DNA of 26,353 nt from a virus (taxonomy: Duplodnaviria; Caudoviricetes). The notes under the pieces are model-generated. The model was given only the letters and a program-made list of their open reading frames with translations, made no database searches and had not been told where the DNA came from. A program made the position numbers and the translations under genes. The stretch covers positions 1 to 26,353 of IMG/VR virus record IMGVR_UViG_3300042860_001004. One strand, 5' to 3'. Positions 8,496-18,956 of this stretch are shown piece after piece. Position 1 is the stretch's first letter. Every line of letters begins with the position of its first letter.

Positions 8496-9182
8496 CTAGG
8501 GGCCGCGGATCTGGTCGCGGAACTCTTTCTCAATGCGTGGTTGCGCCAGCCTGAGGCCCTTCTGCATGTACTGCCTGCGCTTGATGCGGATCTTGAACGA
8601 GTAGGCGCCTGTCATGGTCCGTCGCCTGCCGTCACGACTCCGTCTCTTGGACGAGCCCTCTTTTGGCGGCGTGTTGGTCAGCACGCCGTACACCCGGCCT
8701 CTTCCGCTTTTGGGGATCGGCTTGAACCAGCGTCTGGAAGACCCGCCACGCTCCACCAGCGCGTTGAGTTTTGGAAACTTGGCCGGCCCGACAACGACCG
8801 ACTCGGATCTTCTGTCGTAGTCGAACTGAATGTCCGACAGCAGCATTCCCTTGGGATTGCGCGTGGTCTTCCAGCTTGTCACCTTGTCGGACAGTGGCAC
8901 GCGGTTGACGAGCGCGACCAGTTTGAGGTTGAACCTGGTACCAACCGTGACGTTGACAGGTCGCTTGCGCGGCACACGGTTGGACATCGCACCTTGGGTG
9001 CGACGCATCACAATGGCGCCGACTCTGGTCAACGCTTTGGCGCGAGCCTCGCCGACCTTGCGTCGAATGCGCTCGTTCTGGATTTTGAACTTGCTCTTGG
9101 GCAGGTCGAGCGTGAACTTGAACCCACCGCCTGGCAGGGGCGTGAAGGAGCCACCGCGGGTCAGCTGCGAAATGCTCGCCAT
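8496..9182 (-). CDS. Basic neck / tail-completion protein (lambda gpZ / HK97 gp10-like), ~228 aa
   Basis: Start at ATG 9182 (TGATG overlap); Arg/Lys-rich; KALTRVGAIV, SVVVGP, RRQYMQKGL patterns; position before the tube genes. Confidence 0.6.
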   Translation of the reverse strand: MASISQLTRGGSFTPLPGGGFKFTLDLPKSKFKIQNERIRRKVGEARAKALTRVGAIVMRRTQGAMSNRVPRKRPVNVTVGTRFNLKLVALVNRVPLSDKVTSWKTTRNPKGMLLSDIQFDYDRRSESVVVGPAKFPKLNALVERGGSSRRWFKPIPKSGRGRVYGVLTNTPPKEGSSKRRSRDGRRRTMTGAYSFKIRIKRRQYMQKGLRLAQPRIEKEFRDQIRGP

Positions 9183-9637
9183 CACGTGTTGACCGCACGG
9201 AAGACGATGTAGCTGGCTGTGATGACAGCCCTCCAAACGTTGCGCTCTTGTAGGGCCTGGTCCGGGTTCACCTCCATCTCGACAGACGACGGCGATGTGA
9301 CGCCAGTAGGGAACGTGACGCCGGCAGGCCAGACGTGCGACCTCAGCACGTCAATAACTTCTTCGGCCAGCTCGTACATGTCGTCGGCGGTTTCCTCGGT
9401 TGGCGTGTGCCTTGCGACGAATACGTTGATTCCGTACGTGTACTCATGGTTGGTGCGGTTGACGCGATTAATGGTCACGGCACCAGGCGACACCACGAGC
9501 ACGGCGTCGGCCAGTTCCTCGATCTCGTACTCGGGCCAATTCAGTCGCACCACGCTCGGCTGTGTGGCGACCGACGACAGCGTCGTCGCGTCGAGGCCTG
9601 ACCGCACGGCGTCGGCTAAATCAAGCAGCGTGCTCAT
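9182..9637 (-). CDS. Tail terminator / tail-completion protein (gpU-like), 151 aa
   Basis: Acidic alpha/beta pattern (LLDLADAVRSGL, YGINVFV, YELAEEVIDVL, VITASY); position in the neck module. Confidence 0.65.
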   Translation of the reverse strand: MSTLLDLADAVRSGLDATTLSSVATQPSVVRLNWPEYEIEELADAVLVVSPGAVTINRVNRTNHEYTYGINVFVARHTPTEETADDMYELAEEVIDVLRSHVWPAGVTFPTGVTSPSSVEMEVNPDQALQERNVWRAVITASYIVFRAVNT

Positions 9638-10664
9638 GGGCCTCGATCTGCTCCACGTTCTTCACGAGCCGCGGGTCGTCCGGGCATCGTCGCACAGCCT
9701 CGCGGGCGTACCGCAGGGCTTGTGGGTGCTTGCCTAGATTCCAGGCAGCCACGGCAGCCAGGTCGTAGGCCTTGGTCACAGCGTCCGGGTCGGTGGCGTG
9801 CGTCGACTCACCAGTGGCCTGCATGGCCGCCTCGGCGAACGTCAGGCACTCCTGCCACTCCTGCCGAAGGTAGTGCACCCACGCGAGTTGCTGCCACGCG
9901 TCGGGCTCCGCCTTCGCCTCGTAGGCTGCCCGGTGCAGATGCCGCTCGTCTTGCGTCAGCCGGTACAGGGCGCGGTATGCGTACGACCGCTCGGTCGGCG
10001 TGCCCGGCAGGCCGAGGTAGTGTGCGAACGTCGCCGCGGCGGCCGGGTGCCCGACCCATTCCTGCTCACGGGCTAGGTACCAGTGAGCGCGGGCATCGTG
10101 CGGCGCCTCGCGGACCGCCACCTCAAGCAGCTCGAGGTCCGTCTTGTGCCGCTTGCCAGGCGTCCGGTGGTGATGGATCTCCAGACCGTCGGCAACGGCC
10201 TGCACCTTCTCGCCTGACCAGCACACGAGCCCCTCGTGCGTCGGTGCCGACCACCGGAACCCGCGGCGGGCGTGGACGCGGTCCGAGAGAAAGACCAGCC
10301 CTGGCACGCCCGGTGACTTCCACGACCACACGTACCGGTACCGCAGGTTGTTGACGTTGCCAGTCCACGCCCGCTCGATCGCCTCCCGCCACCCGGGTTG
10401 CAGCCGCTCGTCGAGGTCCAGCCGCACGCACACGTCCACGTCGTCCGGCAGGTGGTACAGCGACAGGTTGTGCGCGTCGTCCCACCGCCACGGGATCACG
10501 TTGCCCGTCATCACCGTGATGCCGCAGGACCGCAGCCTCTGCGGGGTCGAGTCGGTCGACCCGGTGTCCGTGACGATCACCACGTCGGCGCCGTCGGTCG
10601 ACTCGGCCCAGTCGATCGCATGGGACTCCTCGTTCTTGGCGAGCGCGTAGATGCCGATTTTCAT
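9621..10664 (-). CDS. GT2-family glycosyltransferase with C-terminal TPR repeats, ~347 aa
   Basis: Start reassigned to ATG 10664 (ATGA overlap); KIGIYALAKNEE, VTDTGSTD, DxD in RLDLDE, PTHE; TPR-like PHDARAHWYLARE, AWQQLAWVHY, ALRYAREAVRRCPDDPRL. Confidence 0.88.
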   Translation of the reverse strand: MKIGIYALAKNEESHAIDWAESTDGADVVIVTDTGSTDSTPQRLRSCGITVMTGNVIPWRWDDAHNLSLYHLPDDVDVCVRLDLDERLQPGWREAIERAWTGNVNNLRYRYVWSWKSPGVPGLVFLSDRVHARRGFRWSAPTHEGLVCWSGEKVQAVADGLEIHHHRTPGKRHKTDLELLEVAVREAPHDARAHWYLAREQEWVGHPAAAATFAHYLGLPGTPTERSYAYRALYRLTQDERHLHRAAYEAKAEPDAWQQLAWVHYLRQEWQECLTFAEAAMQATGESTHATDPDAVTKAYDLAAVAAWNLGKHPQALRYAREAVRRCPDDPRLVKNVEQIEAHEHAA

Positions 10665-11209
10665 GTGGTGATCACCGCACACTGCCGCAGGCCGTCGTCG
10701 ATCCATCTGGCAGGCCGTTTGGCTTGGTCGAGGAACTCGAGCACCGCCCGCCGCACGTGCGGGTTGTCGCAGTCGTCCGCCAGGATCACCGGGCACGCGG
10801 CCACCAGCCGCAGGTCCCGCAGGGCACCCTGGTAGGAATGGTCGCCGTCGACGTGGGCAAAGTCCGCCCGCGGCAGCTCGCGGACGTGCTGCGTGTCCAC
10901 GACTACAAGCTGGGCATCGATGCCGCGGCGGGCTCGGACGGCGTGCCAGTGCCGCAGGCACTCGGGCGAGTCGTCGTCGAGGCCGCCGTCGATGCAGAGG
11001 TACCGTGCCATCGGTGCCGCCACGGCGAACGCCGCGAGCGAGTAGCCGGCTCGGGTGCCGATCTCGATCACGCTGCCCGGTGCGAACTCGGCACACACGG
11101 CGGCCTTGTTGAAGTAGTGGCCGGCGGCCTCGTCCGTCAGGCGGAACCAGTCGCCCGGCCGCCAGACGTCGACCAAGGCTGCCAGCACCTGCTCCCTACT
11201 CGGTGGCAT
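10661..11209 (-). CDS. Class I SAM-dependent methyltransferase (Methyltransf_24-like, probable sugar O-methyltransferase), ~182 aa
   Basis: VIEIGTRAGYS motif I, YLCID, FAHVDGDHSYQGALRDL, ILADD; start reassigned to ATG 11209, overlapping the upstream stop region. Confidence 0.85.
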   Translation of the reverse strand: MPPSREQVLAALVDVWRPGDWFRLTDEAAGHYFNKAAVCAEFAPGSVIEIGTRAGYSLAAFAVAAPMARYLCIDGGLDDDSPECLRHWHAVRARRGIDAQLVVVDTQHVRELPRADFAHVDGDHSYQGALRDLRLVAACPVILADDCDNPHVRRAVLEFLDQAKRPARWIDDGLRQCAVITT

Positions 11210-12272
11210 CGAGCACCTCCCAGACGGCGGCGGCCGGCAGCTCGCACACCCACGCCTCCGCGTCGTGCACGCCGTAGGACACGACGACGCGGTCACCCTG
11301 AACCGCGAGGCCGGCGGCGAACTCAATCACCCGCAGCTCGCGGAACGAGAACCAGGGCGAGACCCTCGCGAGCCGCAGGCCGGCGTCGAGCCAGATGAAC
11401 CGATGCTCGTACACACGTTGCGAGCCCACGTAGCACACCTCGTGCACGCACCCGAGCCAGCCGTCTCGAAATGGCACGAGCTGTGACCCACCCCGGAACC
11501 GCTTGGCCAGCGGCGTCGTCGCACCGCGCCTCGACAGCACGTAGCCGCCGGGCAGCTCGGGGTTGGCGTCGACCGTGACTAGGTGGCCGTCGTGGTGGCA
11601 GCCGTAGAGCCATCCGCCGGGAGCCGCGAGGAACGGCATCCAGTTTTTCTCATGCTCCTGCGTCGAGACGCTGTCGAGCACCCGCAGCTGCGACATGGTC
11701 GCAGAGCGGATGTCGAGGTCCGCCGTGGCGATGCGGCAGCGGCCGTCGGTCCACGGTGCCGCGTTGCGCACGGTCGCCGACACGCCCAGACCGGTTTCGG
11801 TATGCCGCAGCCGGCAGTCCTCGAGGCCGTGCACCGGGTAGCCGCTCGTCGGGTACTCCGGGGCGACGATGTGCCGCTGACTGACGACGCCGAGGTCCTG
11901 GTTGAACCGAACCAGGATGTTTTCGGTGCGGATGACGCCGCCGTCTGCCTCGGGCATTCGGTACTGATGGTCGAAGATCTGGTAGTTGCTTGACCGCACG
12001 ATCCCGATCAGGTCGCCGGCCACGACCGCGATCGTCGGGTTGAAGGTCGACCACCCGTCGTGCACCGGCTCCACGGCAATCCTGACGTGCCGAACCGCTG
12101 GCACCAGCTCGGCCAGGAGCGGCGTGTACCACGCGCGGTTGCTGCGGGCGAGCTGCTCGGTCTCGACAGCCAGGCCGGGCACGGCCAGCAGTTGCTCGGC
12201 CGCGCGGCGGCCGGCGGCGATCTCGTCGCAATAGAAGGCGTGCTGCAAAAGCCCGGCCAGGTGCTCCACCAT
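11196..12272 (-). CDS. Beta-propeller glycoside hydrolase/phosphorylase/transferase-like protein (GH130/DUF377-like), ~358 aa
   Basis: FNPTI, GLEDCRL, EKNWMPF, FRGGSQLV, IEFAAGL, VSYGVHD blade motifs; start reassigned to ATG 12272, just after a promoter-like motif. Confidence 0.72.
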   Translation of the reverse strand: MVEHLAGLLQHAFYCDEIAAGRRAAEQLLAVPGLAVETEQLARSNRAWYTPLLAELVPAVRHVRIAVEPVHDGWSTFNPTIAVVAGDLIGIVRSSNYQIFDHQYRMPEADGGVIRTENILVRFNQDLGVVSQRHIVAPEYPTSGYPVHGLEDCRLRHTETGLGVSATVRNAAPWTDGRCRIATADLDIRSATMSQLRVLDSVSTQEHEKNWMPFLAAPGGWLYGCHHDGHLVTVDANPELPGGYVLSRRGATTPLAKRFRGGSQLVPFRDGWLGCVHEVCYVGSQRVYEHRFIWLDAGLRLARVSPWFSFRELRVIEFAAGLAVQGDRVVVSYGVHDAEAWVCELPAAAVWEVLDATE

Positions 12273-12278
12273 GCCGCC

Positions 12279-12313
12279 ATCGTGACCAGCGGCCGGCTGG
12301 CGGCCGAGGGGGT
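12279..12313 (-). promoter_or_regulatory. Promoter-like motif ACCCCCT-N22-CACGAT-N6-ATG
   Basis: Begins at the epimerase stop codon; no SD before ATG 12272. Confidence 0.6.
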
Positions 12314-13263
12314 CAGGCAGCCGCGTGGACGGCCGCGTACCGCACCGTCTCCCGGATGCCGGCGGCCAGGGTGACGGATGGCCGCCAGCCCAGCAGGTGC
12401 TCGGCAAAGGCTGCGTCGACCAGGCTGCTTCCAAGGTCGCCGGCTCGTGGATTGCCGTGCACCGGCGGCGGCAGGCCACGGCCCGTGACGGCCTCGACCT
12501 CTCCCCGCACCAGCTGCTCGAGCTGGGCCACGCTCGTGCCCACGCCGGTGCCCACGTTGACCGGGAAAAGCCTGCCGTAGGGCAGCTCTGCAGTCAGTGC
12601 CAGCACGTTGGCTGCCGCCACGTCCCGCACGTGCACGTAGTCACGCACTTGGCTGCCGACGCCGTGGATCTGGCACGGCCGACCCTCCATCGCTGCCCGG
12701 CAGAAGATCGCCACGACGCCGGCCTCGCCGTGCGGGTTCTGCCGTGGCCCGTAGACGTTCGCGTACCGCAGCGCCACGGCCTGCATGTGGTACCAGTGTG
12801 CGTGCCACGCCAGGTACCGCTCCGCCGTCAGTTTGGCCAAGCCGTACGGGCTGACCGGGTCTCGGACGGCCTCTTCGACGGCCGGCTCGCGCACGTTGCC
12901 GTAGACGACGCCGCCGGACGAGGCGAACACAATCCGCCGGCAGTCATGCCGCACGGCGGCCGACACGACATTGATCAGCCCGACCACGTTGACCTCGGCG
13001 TCGAATGCCACGTCTCGCACCGACCGACTCACGCTGATCTGCGCAGCCTGGTGACAGATGGCCGTCGGTCGCACCTCCCGGACGACTCGCTCGACGTTGC
13101 CGGCGTCCCGCACGTCGACGACGTGCACAGGAACGCCTGGCGGCACGTTGGCGCGGCTGCCGGTCGACATGTCGTCGAGAACTGCGACTCGCCTGCCCGC
13201 CTCGCGCAGCTGGTCGACGACGTGGCTGCCGATGAAACCGGCTCCGCCGGTGACGAGGATCAT
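12313..13263 (-). CDS. NAD-dependent nucleotide-sugar epimerase (UDP-glucose 4-epimerase-like extended SDR), 316 aa
   Basis: ILVTGGAGFIGSH, HQAAQ, FASSGG, catalytic YGLAK, LRYANVYGPRQ, RDYVHVRDVA; ATGA overlap with the LamG gene. Confidence 0.93.
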   Translation of the reverse strand: MILVTGGAGFIGSHVVDQLREAGRRVAVLDDMSTGSRANVPPGVPVHVVDVRDAGNVERVVREVRPTAICHQAAQISVSRSVRDVAFDAEVNVVGLINVVSAAVRHDCRRIVFASSGGVVYGNVREPAVEEAVRDPVSPYGLAKLTAERYLAWHAHWYHMQAVALRYANVYGPRQNPHGEAGVVAIFCRAAMEGRPCQIHGVGSQVRDYVHVRDVAAANVLALTAELPYGRLFPVNVGTGVGTSVAQLEQLVRGEVEAVTGRGLPPPVHGNPRAGDLGSSLVDAAFAEHLLGWRPSVTLAAGIRETVRYAAVHAAA

Positions 13264-14060
13264 GAGTCGGGGAACGCTGCCGTGGGTGGCGTGAACCCTG
13301 CCGTGTACCGAGCGACACCTTTGGTGATGCGGAGGTCGTCGATGTACCCAGAAAACGATCGTGTCGACGGAGCGAACGCACCGCCACCGATCACGAGCGG
13401 CCCGCTGTTGTTGGTGCTCACCGTGAATGACACGGTGTTGGAAGCAGACTGCACGCCGTCAATGAAAAGCCGCAGTGTCGATCCGCTGCGTGTGACGGCG
13501 ACGTGGTGCCATGCGTTCTGGGTGGGCTCAGTCGTTGTGACCGTTTCGGTGTTTGCAGCCCAAGGCACGAAAATGATCCCACTCCCACCAAATTCCAGCG
13601 TCCACGCGTCCGATGGGGTGCTTCCTACAGGACCCTTGCCGACCAGTCCGGCGAATTGTTGATTGCCACCGTCGTGGTAGTACCACAGCTCGATCGTGAA
13701 ATCGCCTGACCCTAGTTCGAGCGCGTTGGCCGACGTGATCTGCACGTAGTCGCCGCTGCCGTCAAACTTGCCGCTGGCGCCGCCAAACTTGCTTTGGGTC
13801 GTACTGATCTGTGCGTTGCCGTTGGCCGTCGCTGAGAACGCATTTGATGACGAGTCTGTAAACGTCGTGCTCGCGTTGGAGCCGTCCATGTGCAAGAGCA
13901 GCGACACGCTACTGAAGTCTTGATCGGTTGCATTAGACGGCGGCCACATCGAGTTGCGCTTGTACCAGTAGTGCAAGTGCAGCGGCCAAACACCAACAGC
14001 ACTCGACGTGCTGGGGGCTGGCGGACCGATCCCGATGTACCCGCCTGGTATGCGCCCCAT
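13260..14060 (-). CDS. LamG / concanavalin A-like lectin domain virion protein, 266 aa
   Basis: VSLLLHMDG, SKFGGASGKFDG, GDFTIELW, WHHVAVTRSGSTLRLFIDG, FSGYIDDLRITKGVARY. Confidence 0.88.
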   Translation of the reverse strand: MGRIPGGYIGIGPPAPSTSSAVGVWPLHLHYWYKRNSMWPPSNATDQDFSSVSLLLHMDGSNASTTFTDSSSNAFSATANGNAQISTTQSKFGGASGKFDGSGDYVQITSANALELGSGDFTIELWYYHDGGNQQFAGLVGKGPVGSTPSDAWTLEFGGSGIIFVPWAANTETVTTTEPTQNAWHHVAVTRSGSTLRLFIDGVQSASNTVSFTVSTNNSGPLVIGGGAFAPSTRSFSGYIDDLRITKGVARYTAGFTPPTAAFPDS

Positions 14061-14064
14061 AGCG

Positions 14065-14442
14065 TCAAGAAATCTCCAGATAGCTGCACACGAACTCGAG
14101 GTCGTTCGACGCGCTCGGCGTGACGACGATTGAACGATCCTCCTCCAGCCATATCGTGGTGTCCTTGCTGACGACGACGAGCGTGGCGTCGGCCGGGACA
14201 GTTACTGTCGAGCAGATAGCGTGACCGGTGCCGCCGCCGTCATCTTGGCTGTGCAGCTTCACCGTCACATCACAGTTAAGAGACCCGTCGACGTTGGCCA
14301 CGTAGAGCGACTGCACCTGCAGCGCCTTGCCCGAGCTGGCGGCGTTGTTGAGCAGCACCGTGCCCGTGGCGCCCGTGACCGCGGACAAGTACGCGGTCTT
14401 CGCAGTGATGGTCGTGGGTCCGACGATGTTGGGGGCAGCCAT
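14065..14442 (-). CDS. Hypothetical beta-rich virion accessory protein, 125 aa
   Basis: MAAPNIV...VANVDG...TVPADATLVVV...LEE...SYLEIS; sits between the collagen and lectin genes. Confidence 0.7.
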   Translation of the reverse strand: MAAPNIVGPTTITAKTAYLSAVTGATGTVLLNNAASSGKALQVQSLYVANVDGSLNCDVTVKLHSQDDGGGTGHAICSTVTVPADATLVVVSKDTTIWLEEDRSIVVTPSASNDLEFVCSYLEIS

Positions 14443-14444
14443 GA

Positions 14445-15052
<608 letters not shown>

Positions 15053-15058
15053 GGCATC

Positions 15059-15097
15059 ACTTTGCCCTGTGGGCGGCCTCGAGGTGAGGGGGTGCGG
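15059..15097 (-). promoter_or_regulatory. Promoter-like motif CCGCACCCCCT-N22-CAAAGT-N6-ATG
   Basis: Fills the 45-nt intergenic gap before ATG 15052; no SD. Confidence 0.6.
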
Positions 15098-15412
15098 TCA
15101 CGCGTCCGGCCCAGCGACCACGCCCTGCTCAACGCCCACCTTCGCCACGTATGCCATGAGCGCCCCCACCGCCGCCGCGAGGTCCGCGTCGGCCTCCGCT
15201 CCCGCGAGCAGGTCGCGCACATGGAGCCGCACCGGCTCGGCTGGTGCCTCTTCGACGCCGGTCTCGGTCGTCCTGAATCGGACGAGGGTCACGCGGGCTT
15301 CGGCGTCGCCGCCTGTCACGCTTGACACAACGATCTCACGGACCCACAGGCGGTCGTACGTGGCTGCGTAAGACAGCGGTTCGGCGGCGTACAGCGTGGG
15401 GATGTCAGCCAT
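15098..15412 (-). CDS. Hypothetical protein, 104 aa (fibre-associated by position)
   Basis: Overlaps the fibre gene stop; GGAGAGG upstream; ordinary composition. Confidence 0.7.
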   Translation of the reverse strand: MADIPTLYAAEPLSYAATYDRLWVREIVVSSVTGGDAEARVTLVRFRTTETGVEEAPAEPVRLHVRDLLAGAEADADLAAAVGALMAYVAKVGVEQGVVAGPDA

Positions 15413-18400
15413 TGATCCTCTCCTCTAGTGCGGCGATGCGTGCGTTGGACTCTTGCAGTGCCTTGACGAGCAGCGGGATCAGCGTCTGGTACGCGACAGA
15501 CAGATACTCCGTGCCCTGCTGGACAACGCCGTCTAGGTACGGCTGACCAGCCAATGCCTGTTGAAGGTCTTGTGCAATGAAGCCCGGCTGGATGCTCTGA
15601 TCCTTGCTCCATGACTCCTTGTAACGGAATGTCACGGGCCGCAGAGCCTCTATCACGTCGGTGCATGACGACAGCGGAGCGATGTCGTTCTTGATTCGTT
15701 CGTCGGAGCCGTTGACATACGCGCCAGCACCCCACACTCCGGTGCCGTTGCATTGGAGGTTGTATGCGCCTTGGTCGGTGACGCCGACGATGACCTCGCC
15801 CGTGCTATTGACGCGAATGCGCTCGGCCGTAGCAGTTTCGTCATACAGGAAAAACTCACCGCCAAATCCGCCGCCGCGATACCCGCTCCCGGCGGTGCCG
15901 AAAATCCATGAACGCGCGCCGGTGCCGTCGTAATCGCATCGCACAGACGCCGACCCGGTGCCGTCCTGCTCTACGTGCAGCACGCCGTCGTCGGCGTTAT
16001 TTGCCCTAATGTGGCACGGACTGGAAGGCGATCCCCCAATCCCCACATTCCCCGACGCATCCACGCGCACCCGCTCGGTGCCGTTGGTGACGAACGTCAG
16101 AATGTTCGCGCCTCTGCGGCCAATGCCTGTGTCGGGGTCACCATCGAACCCATAGGCGACGCTGTTTGCCGTGTCGATGTCGTCCGCGAGTATCTGCCCC
16201 GCGAACGTGGCGGTGCCGGTGGAGGAGATGGTGAGGCGGGTGGTGACGCTGCCACCTGTCGGCGTGGTGCGAAACACAAACCCGCTGAACGTCTGCTGAT
16301 TCGCGTCGAAGTAGCACAAACCATCAGAGACGTTTCGGTATATGTCGATTGTCTCGCCCGCACCCTCTTCGATCCGTAGTGCAGTGCTGTTGCCGTTCAA
16401 CGTGAGGGGTATGCCGCTGGATGCCGTGATGGTGGCGTTGCCTGTAATCGCCGCCCCCGACTGCCCGACGATCTGCCCCGCGAACGTGGCGGTGCCGGTG
16501 GAGGAGATGGTGAGGCGAATGGTGCCGGTGGTAGTAGTGGCATTTGCTGCGGTATAGAGTCTTACCTCACTCGCCGCATTGCTGAGCGCCGACCCGCCGC
16601 CGATCGCAACTAGGTTTTCCGTCGCGGTGCTGTAGATGCCGATGCCTTGGACGGTCTCTTCGGTCGCCGTGTAATGTGCCCCGACGACCTGCGCCGCCTT
16701 GTCTGTTGCGTCGGCGGCTGTATTTCGCAGAACTACCGTAGGTGAGGCCATCGCCTGCGTCACAGTGATGCCAGCAGTGAACGAGGGGCCAGCCGTCGGC
16801 TGCACCGAGAGCGTGGTACGCGCCGCCTCCGCGTTGGCGTCGTCAATCAGACTGCGCCCAAACGACGTGCAGGTGATCTCCTCCACGTCGCCAGCACCAG
16901 CAGACGAGCGACCGAGCAGGCGGTCGGTGGCGGAGACGTTTTGGATTTTGGCGTAGGTGACGGCGTCGTTGTCGATCGTCAGCACCGTGCCGGTGCTCGA
17001 GATCGTGATGTCGCCCTTGTCGCCGTCGCTAAACCCGACGCCGGCCACGCCTGTCGGGCCGGTTGCGCCGGTTGGCCCTGTCACGCCTTGGGAGCCTTGA
17101 CTGCCGGTGGAGCCGGTCGGGCCTGTGGCGCCGGTCGCGCCCACGGATCCCGTGTCGCCAGTCGCGCCCTGCGCTCCGGTTGGCCCTGTTGCGCCGGTCG
17201 ATCCGACGTCGCCTTGGGCACCCGTCGCGCCTGTTGGCCCAGTCGCACCCACGTCGCCTTGCACGCCTTGCGATCCGACAGCTCCTGTCGGTCCTGTCGC
17301 GCCGGTGGCACCGACGGATCCCGTGTCACCGACGATGCCTTGCGGCCCGGTGCTGCCTGTCGGCCCAGTAGGCCCGGTCGACCCGACTTCGCCTTGTGCA
17401 CCGACAGCGCCCGTTGGCCCAGTGACGCCTTGGTCACCTTGGGCACCGGTCGGGCCGGTGGCGCCTGTCGCGCCAACGGATCCCTGCGGCCCTGTGCTGC
17501 CAGTTGGCCCGGTGACACCTTGCTCACCCTGCGAGCCGGTCGGGCCAGTGGCACCGACCTCACCTTGGCTACCAACGGCACCTGTTGGCCCTGTCACGCC
17601 TTGATCACCAGTGGCGCCTGTCGGGCCGGTCACGCCCTCGTCACCCTGGGCGCCGGTCGCACCCGTCGGCCCAGTCACGCCCTGGCCACCGACAGCGCCT
17701 GTCGGCCCGGTCGCGCCGGTTGCGCCCACGTCACCCTCTGATCCCGTTGGCCCTGTTGGCCCTGTGTTGCCGATGTCGCCCTGCGCGCCAGTGGCACCAG
17801 TTGGGCCTGTCACGCCTTGCTCACCTTGCGACCCGGTTGGGCCTGTCACACCTTGGGTGCCGCTGGCACCGGTTGGTCCGGTGACGCCTTGCTCACCTTG
17901 GGCACCCGTTGGGCCGGTCTCGCCGATAAGACCTTGGGCACCCGTCGGGCCTGTTGCGCCTGTCGACCCAACGTCGCCCTGCGCGCCAACGGCACCGGTT
18001 GGTCCGGTCGGGCCAGTGACGCCTTGCTGGCCTTGCGCGCCAGTCGGTCCGGTGCTGCCAACGTCACCGACGGCTCCCGTCGGGCCTGTCTGGCCAACGT
18101 CGCCGACCACGCCTTGGGCGCCGGTTGGCCCCGTCGGCCCTGTCGAGCCTTGTGCGCCCGTGTCGCCGGCGACGCCTTGCGCTCCGGTCTGGCCTGTCGC
18201 GCCTGTCTCGCCTGTTGGCCCGGTGACACCCTGCACACCCTGCGACCCGGTTGGCCCGGTAACGCCTTGGATGCCTTGCGGTCCCGTCGCGCCGACGTCG
18301 CCTTGGCTACCGGTCGGCCCAGTCAATCCGATCAGGCCTTGCTCGCCTTGGGCGCCTGTGGCACCTGTCGGGCCGGTAGCGCCGGTGTCGCCGACGGCTC

Positions 18401-18956
18401 CAGACGAGCCGGTCGGCCCCGTCGCTCCCGTGGCGCCCTGCGCGCCCGAGCTGCCCTGTGCACCGGTCGGGCCTGTTGCACCTGTGCCTCCGATGTCGCC
18501 TTGCGGTCCTGTCGGTCCTGTCGATCCGACGGCGCCCGTGGAGCCGACCGAGCCTGTGGCACCCACGCTTCCGGTCGGGCCTGTCGCGCCTTGGACGCCC
18601 TGCGGTCCGGTGATCGATTCGCCCTGGGCGCCAGTTGGCCCGGTCGCACCGGCAACGCCCGTGGCACCGACGCCGCCCGTCGATCCTTGCGGGCCGGTTG
18701 GCCCGGTCGCACCTGAGGTCGAGAACTCCGTCCACGTCGTCAGGTCGCTGCCCAGCTGCCACAGCAGGCCCGTGGCCGTGACGTGCACGAGCATGCCGGC
18801 CTCGCGTCGTGCGGACGGGATCGCGTCCCTGTCCGCATTGCTGGCGACCGTGCGGTAGCCGCCCTTGCCGTAGAGCGCCTCGTGGCTCGGGTGCACGTCG
18901 GTCGTGTCGAACGGCACGACCGGCGCGGCGACGTTCGTGCCCTTAATGTTGGCCAT
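15405..18956 (-). CDS. Long collagen-like fibre protein with C-terminal Peptidase_S74 intramolecular chaperone, 1183 aa
   Basis: ~80-aa N-terminal domain; ~185 Gly-X-Y units; beta-repeat fibre region ([18 protein letters not shown]); [32 protein letters not shown] plus coiled coil. Confidence 0.92.
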   Translation of the reverse strand: MANIKGTNVAAPVVPFDTTDVHPSHEALYGKGGYRTVASNADRDAIPSARREAGMLVHVTATGLLWQLGSDLTTWTEFSTSGATGPTGPQGSTGGVGATGVAGATGPTGAQGESITGPQGVQGATGPTGSVGATGSVGSTGAVGSTGPTGPQGDIGGTGATGPTGAQGSSGAQGATGATGPTGSSGAVGDTGATGPTGATGAQGEQGLIGLTGPTGSQGDVGATGPQGIQGVTGPTGSQGVQGVTGPTGETGATGQTGAQGVAGDTGAQGSTGPTGPTGAQGVVGDVGQTGPTGAVGDVGSTGPTGAQGQQGVTGPTGPTGAVGAQGDVGSTGATGPTGAQGLIGETGPTGAQGEQGVTGPTGASGTQGVTGPTGSQGEQGVTGPTGATGAQGDIGNTGPTGPTGSEGDVGATGATGPTGAVGGQGVTGPTGATGAQGDEGVTGPTGATGDQGVTGPTGAVGSQGEVGATGPTGSQGEQGVTGPTGSTGPQGSVGATGATGPTGAQGDQGVTGPTGAVGAQGEVGSTGPTGPTGSTGPQGIVGDTGSVGATGATGPTGAVGSQGVQGDVGATGPTGATGAQGDVGSTGATGPTGAQGATGDTGSVGATGATGPTGSTGSQGSQGVTGPTGATGPTGVAGVGFSDGDKGDITISSTGTVLTIDNDAVTYAKIQNVSATDRLLGRSSAGAGDVEEITCTSFGRSLIDDANAEAARTTLSVQPTAGPSFTAGITVTQAMASPTVVLRNTAADATDKAAQVVGAHYTATEETVQGIGIYSTATENLVAIGGGSALSNAASEVRLYTAANATTTTGTIRLTISSTGTATFAGQIVGQSGAAITGNATITASSGIPLTLNGNSTALRIEEGAGETIDIYRNVSDGLCYFDANQQTFSGFVFRTTPTGGSVTTRLTISSTGTATFAGQILADDIDTANSVAYGFDGDPDTGIGRRGANILTFVTNGTERVRVDASGNVGIGGSPSSPCHIRANNADDGVLHVEQDGTGSASVRCDYDGTGARSWIFGTAGSGYRGGGFGGEFFLYDETATAERIRVNSTGEVIVGVTDQGAYNLQCNGTGVWGAGAYVNGSDERIKNDIAPLSSCTDVIEALRPVTFRYKESWSKDQSIQPGFIAQDLQQALAGQPYLDGVVQQGTEYLSVAYQTLIPLLVKALQESNARIAALEERING
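16192..16517. repeat. Perfect 47-bp direct repeat (16192-16238 and 16471-16517), 279-bp period
   Basis: ATCTGCCCCGCGAACGTGGCGGTGCCGGTGGAGGAGATGGTGAGGCG twice; both copies encode [16 protein letters not shown]. Confidence 0.92.
17043..18713 (-). repeat. Collagen triple-helix repeat region, ~557 aa
   Basis: Continuous 9-nt period GPT/GAT/GVT/GST/GAQ with a single interruption (GESIT). Confidence 0.95.

Noticed and set aside
10661-11209. Methyltransferase as a DNA methylase
   Set aside because: No DPPY/NPPY or PC catalytic motif; EIG and DGDH motifs fit small-molecule or sugar O-methyltransferases
9621-12479. Longer ORF-track starts at 11096, 11326 and 12479 (also 1378, 1557, 2799, 9236)
   Set aside because: The extensions overlap upstream genes extensively and look non-protein-like; downstream starts have stop-start overlaps, SDs or promoter motifs
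16192-16517. Possible DGR template/variable repeat pair or invertible segment
   Set aside because: Copies are identical and direct with no adenine-specific differences; no reverse transcriptase or invertase in the window
17043-18713. Possible CRISPR array or non-coding tandem repeat
   Set aside because: 9-nt period with synonymous variation fully explained by Gly-X-Y coding; no repeat-spacer structure
17107-18858. Plus-strand PVGPVAP repeat ORFs (also 14466-14936)
   Set aside because: Reverse-complement reading of the collagen codons
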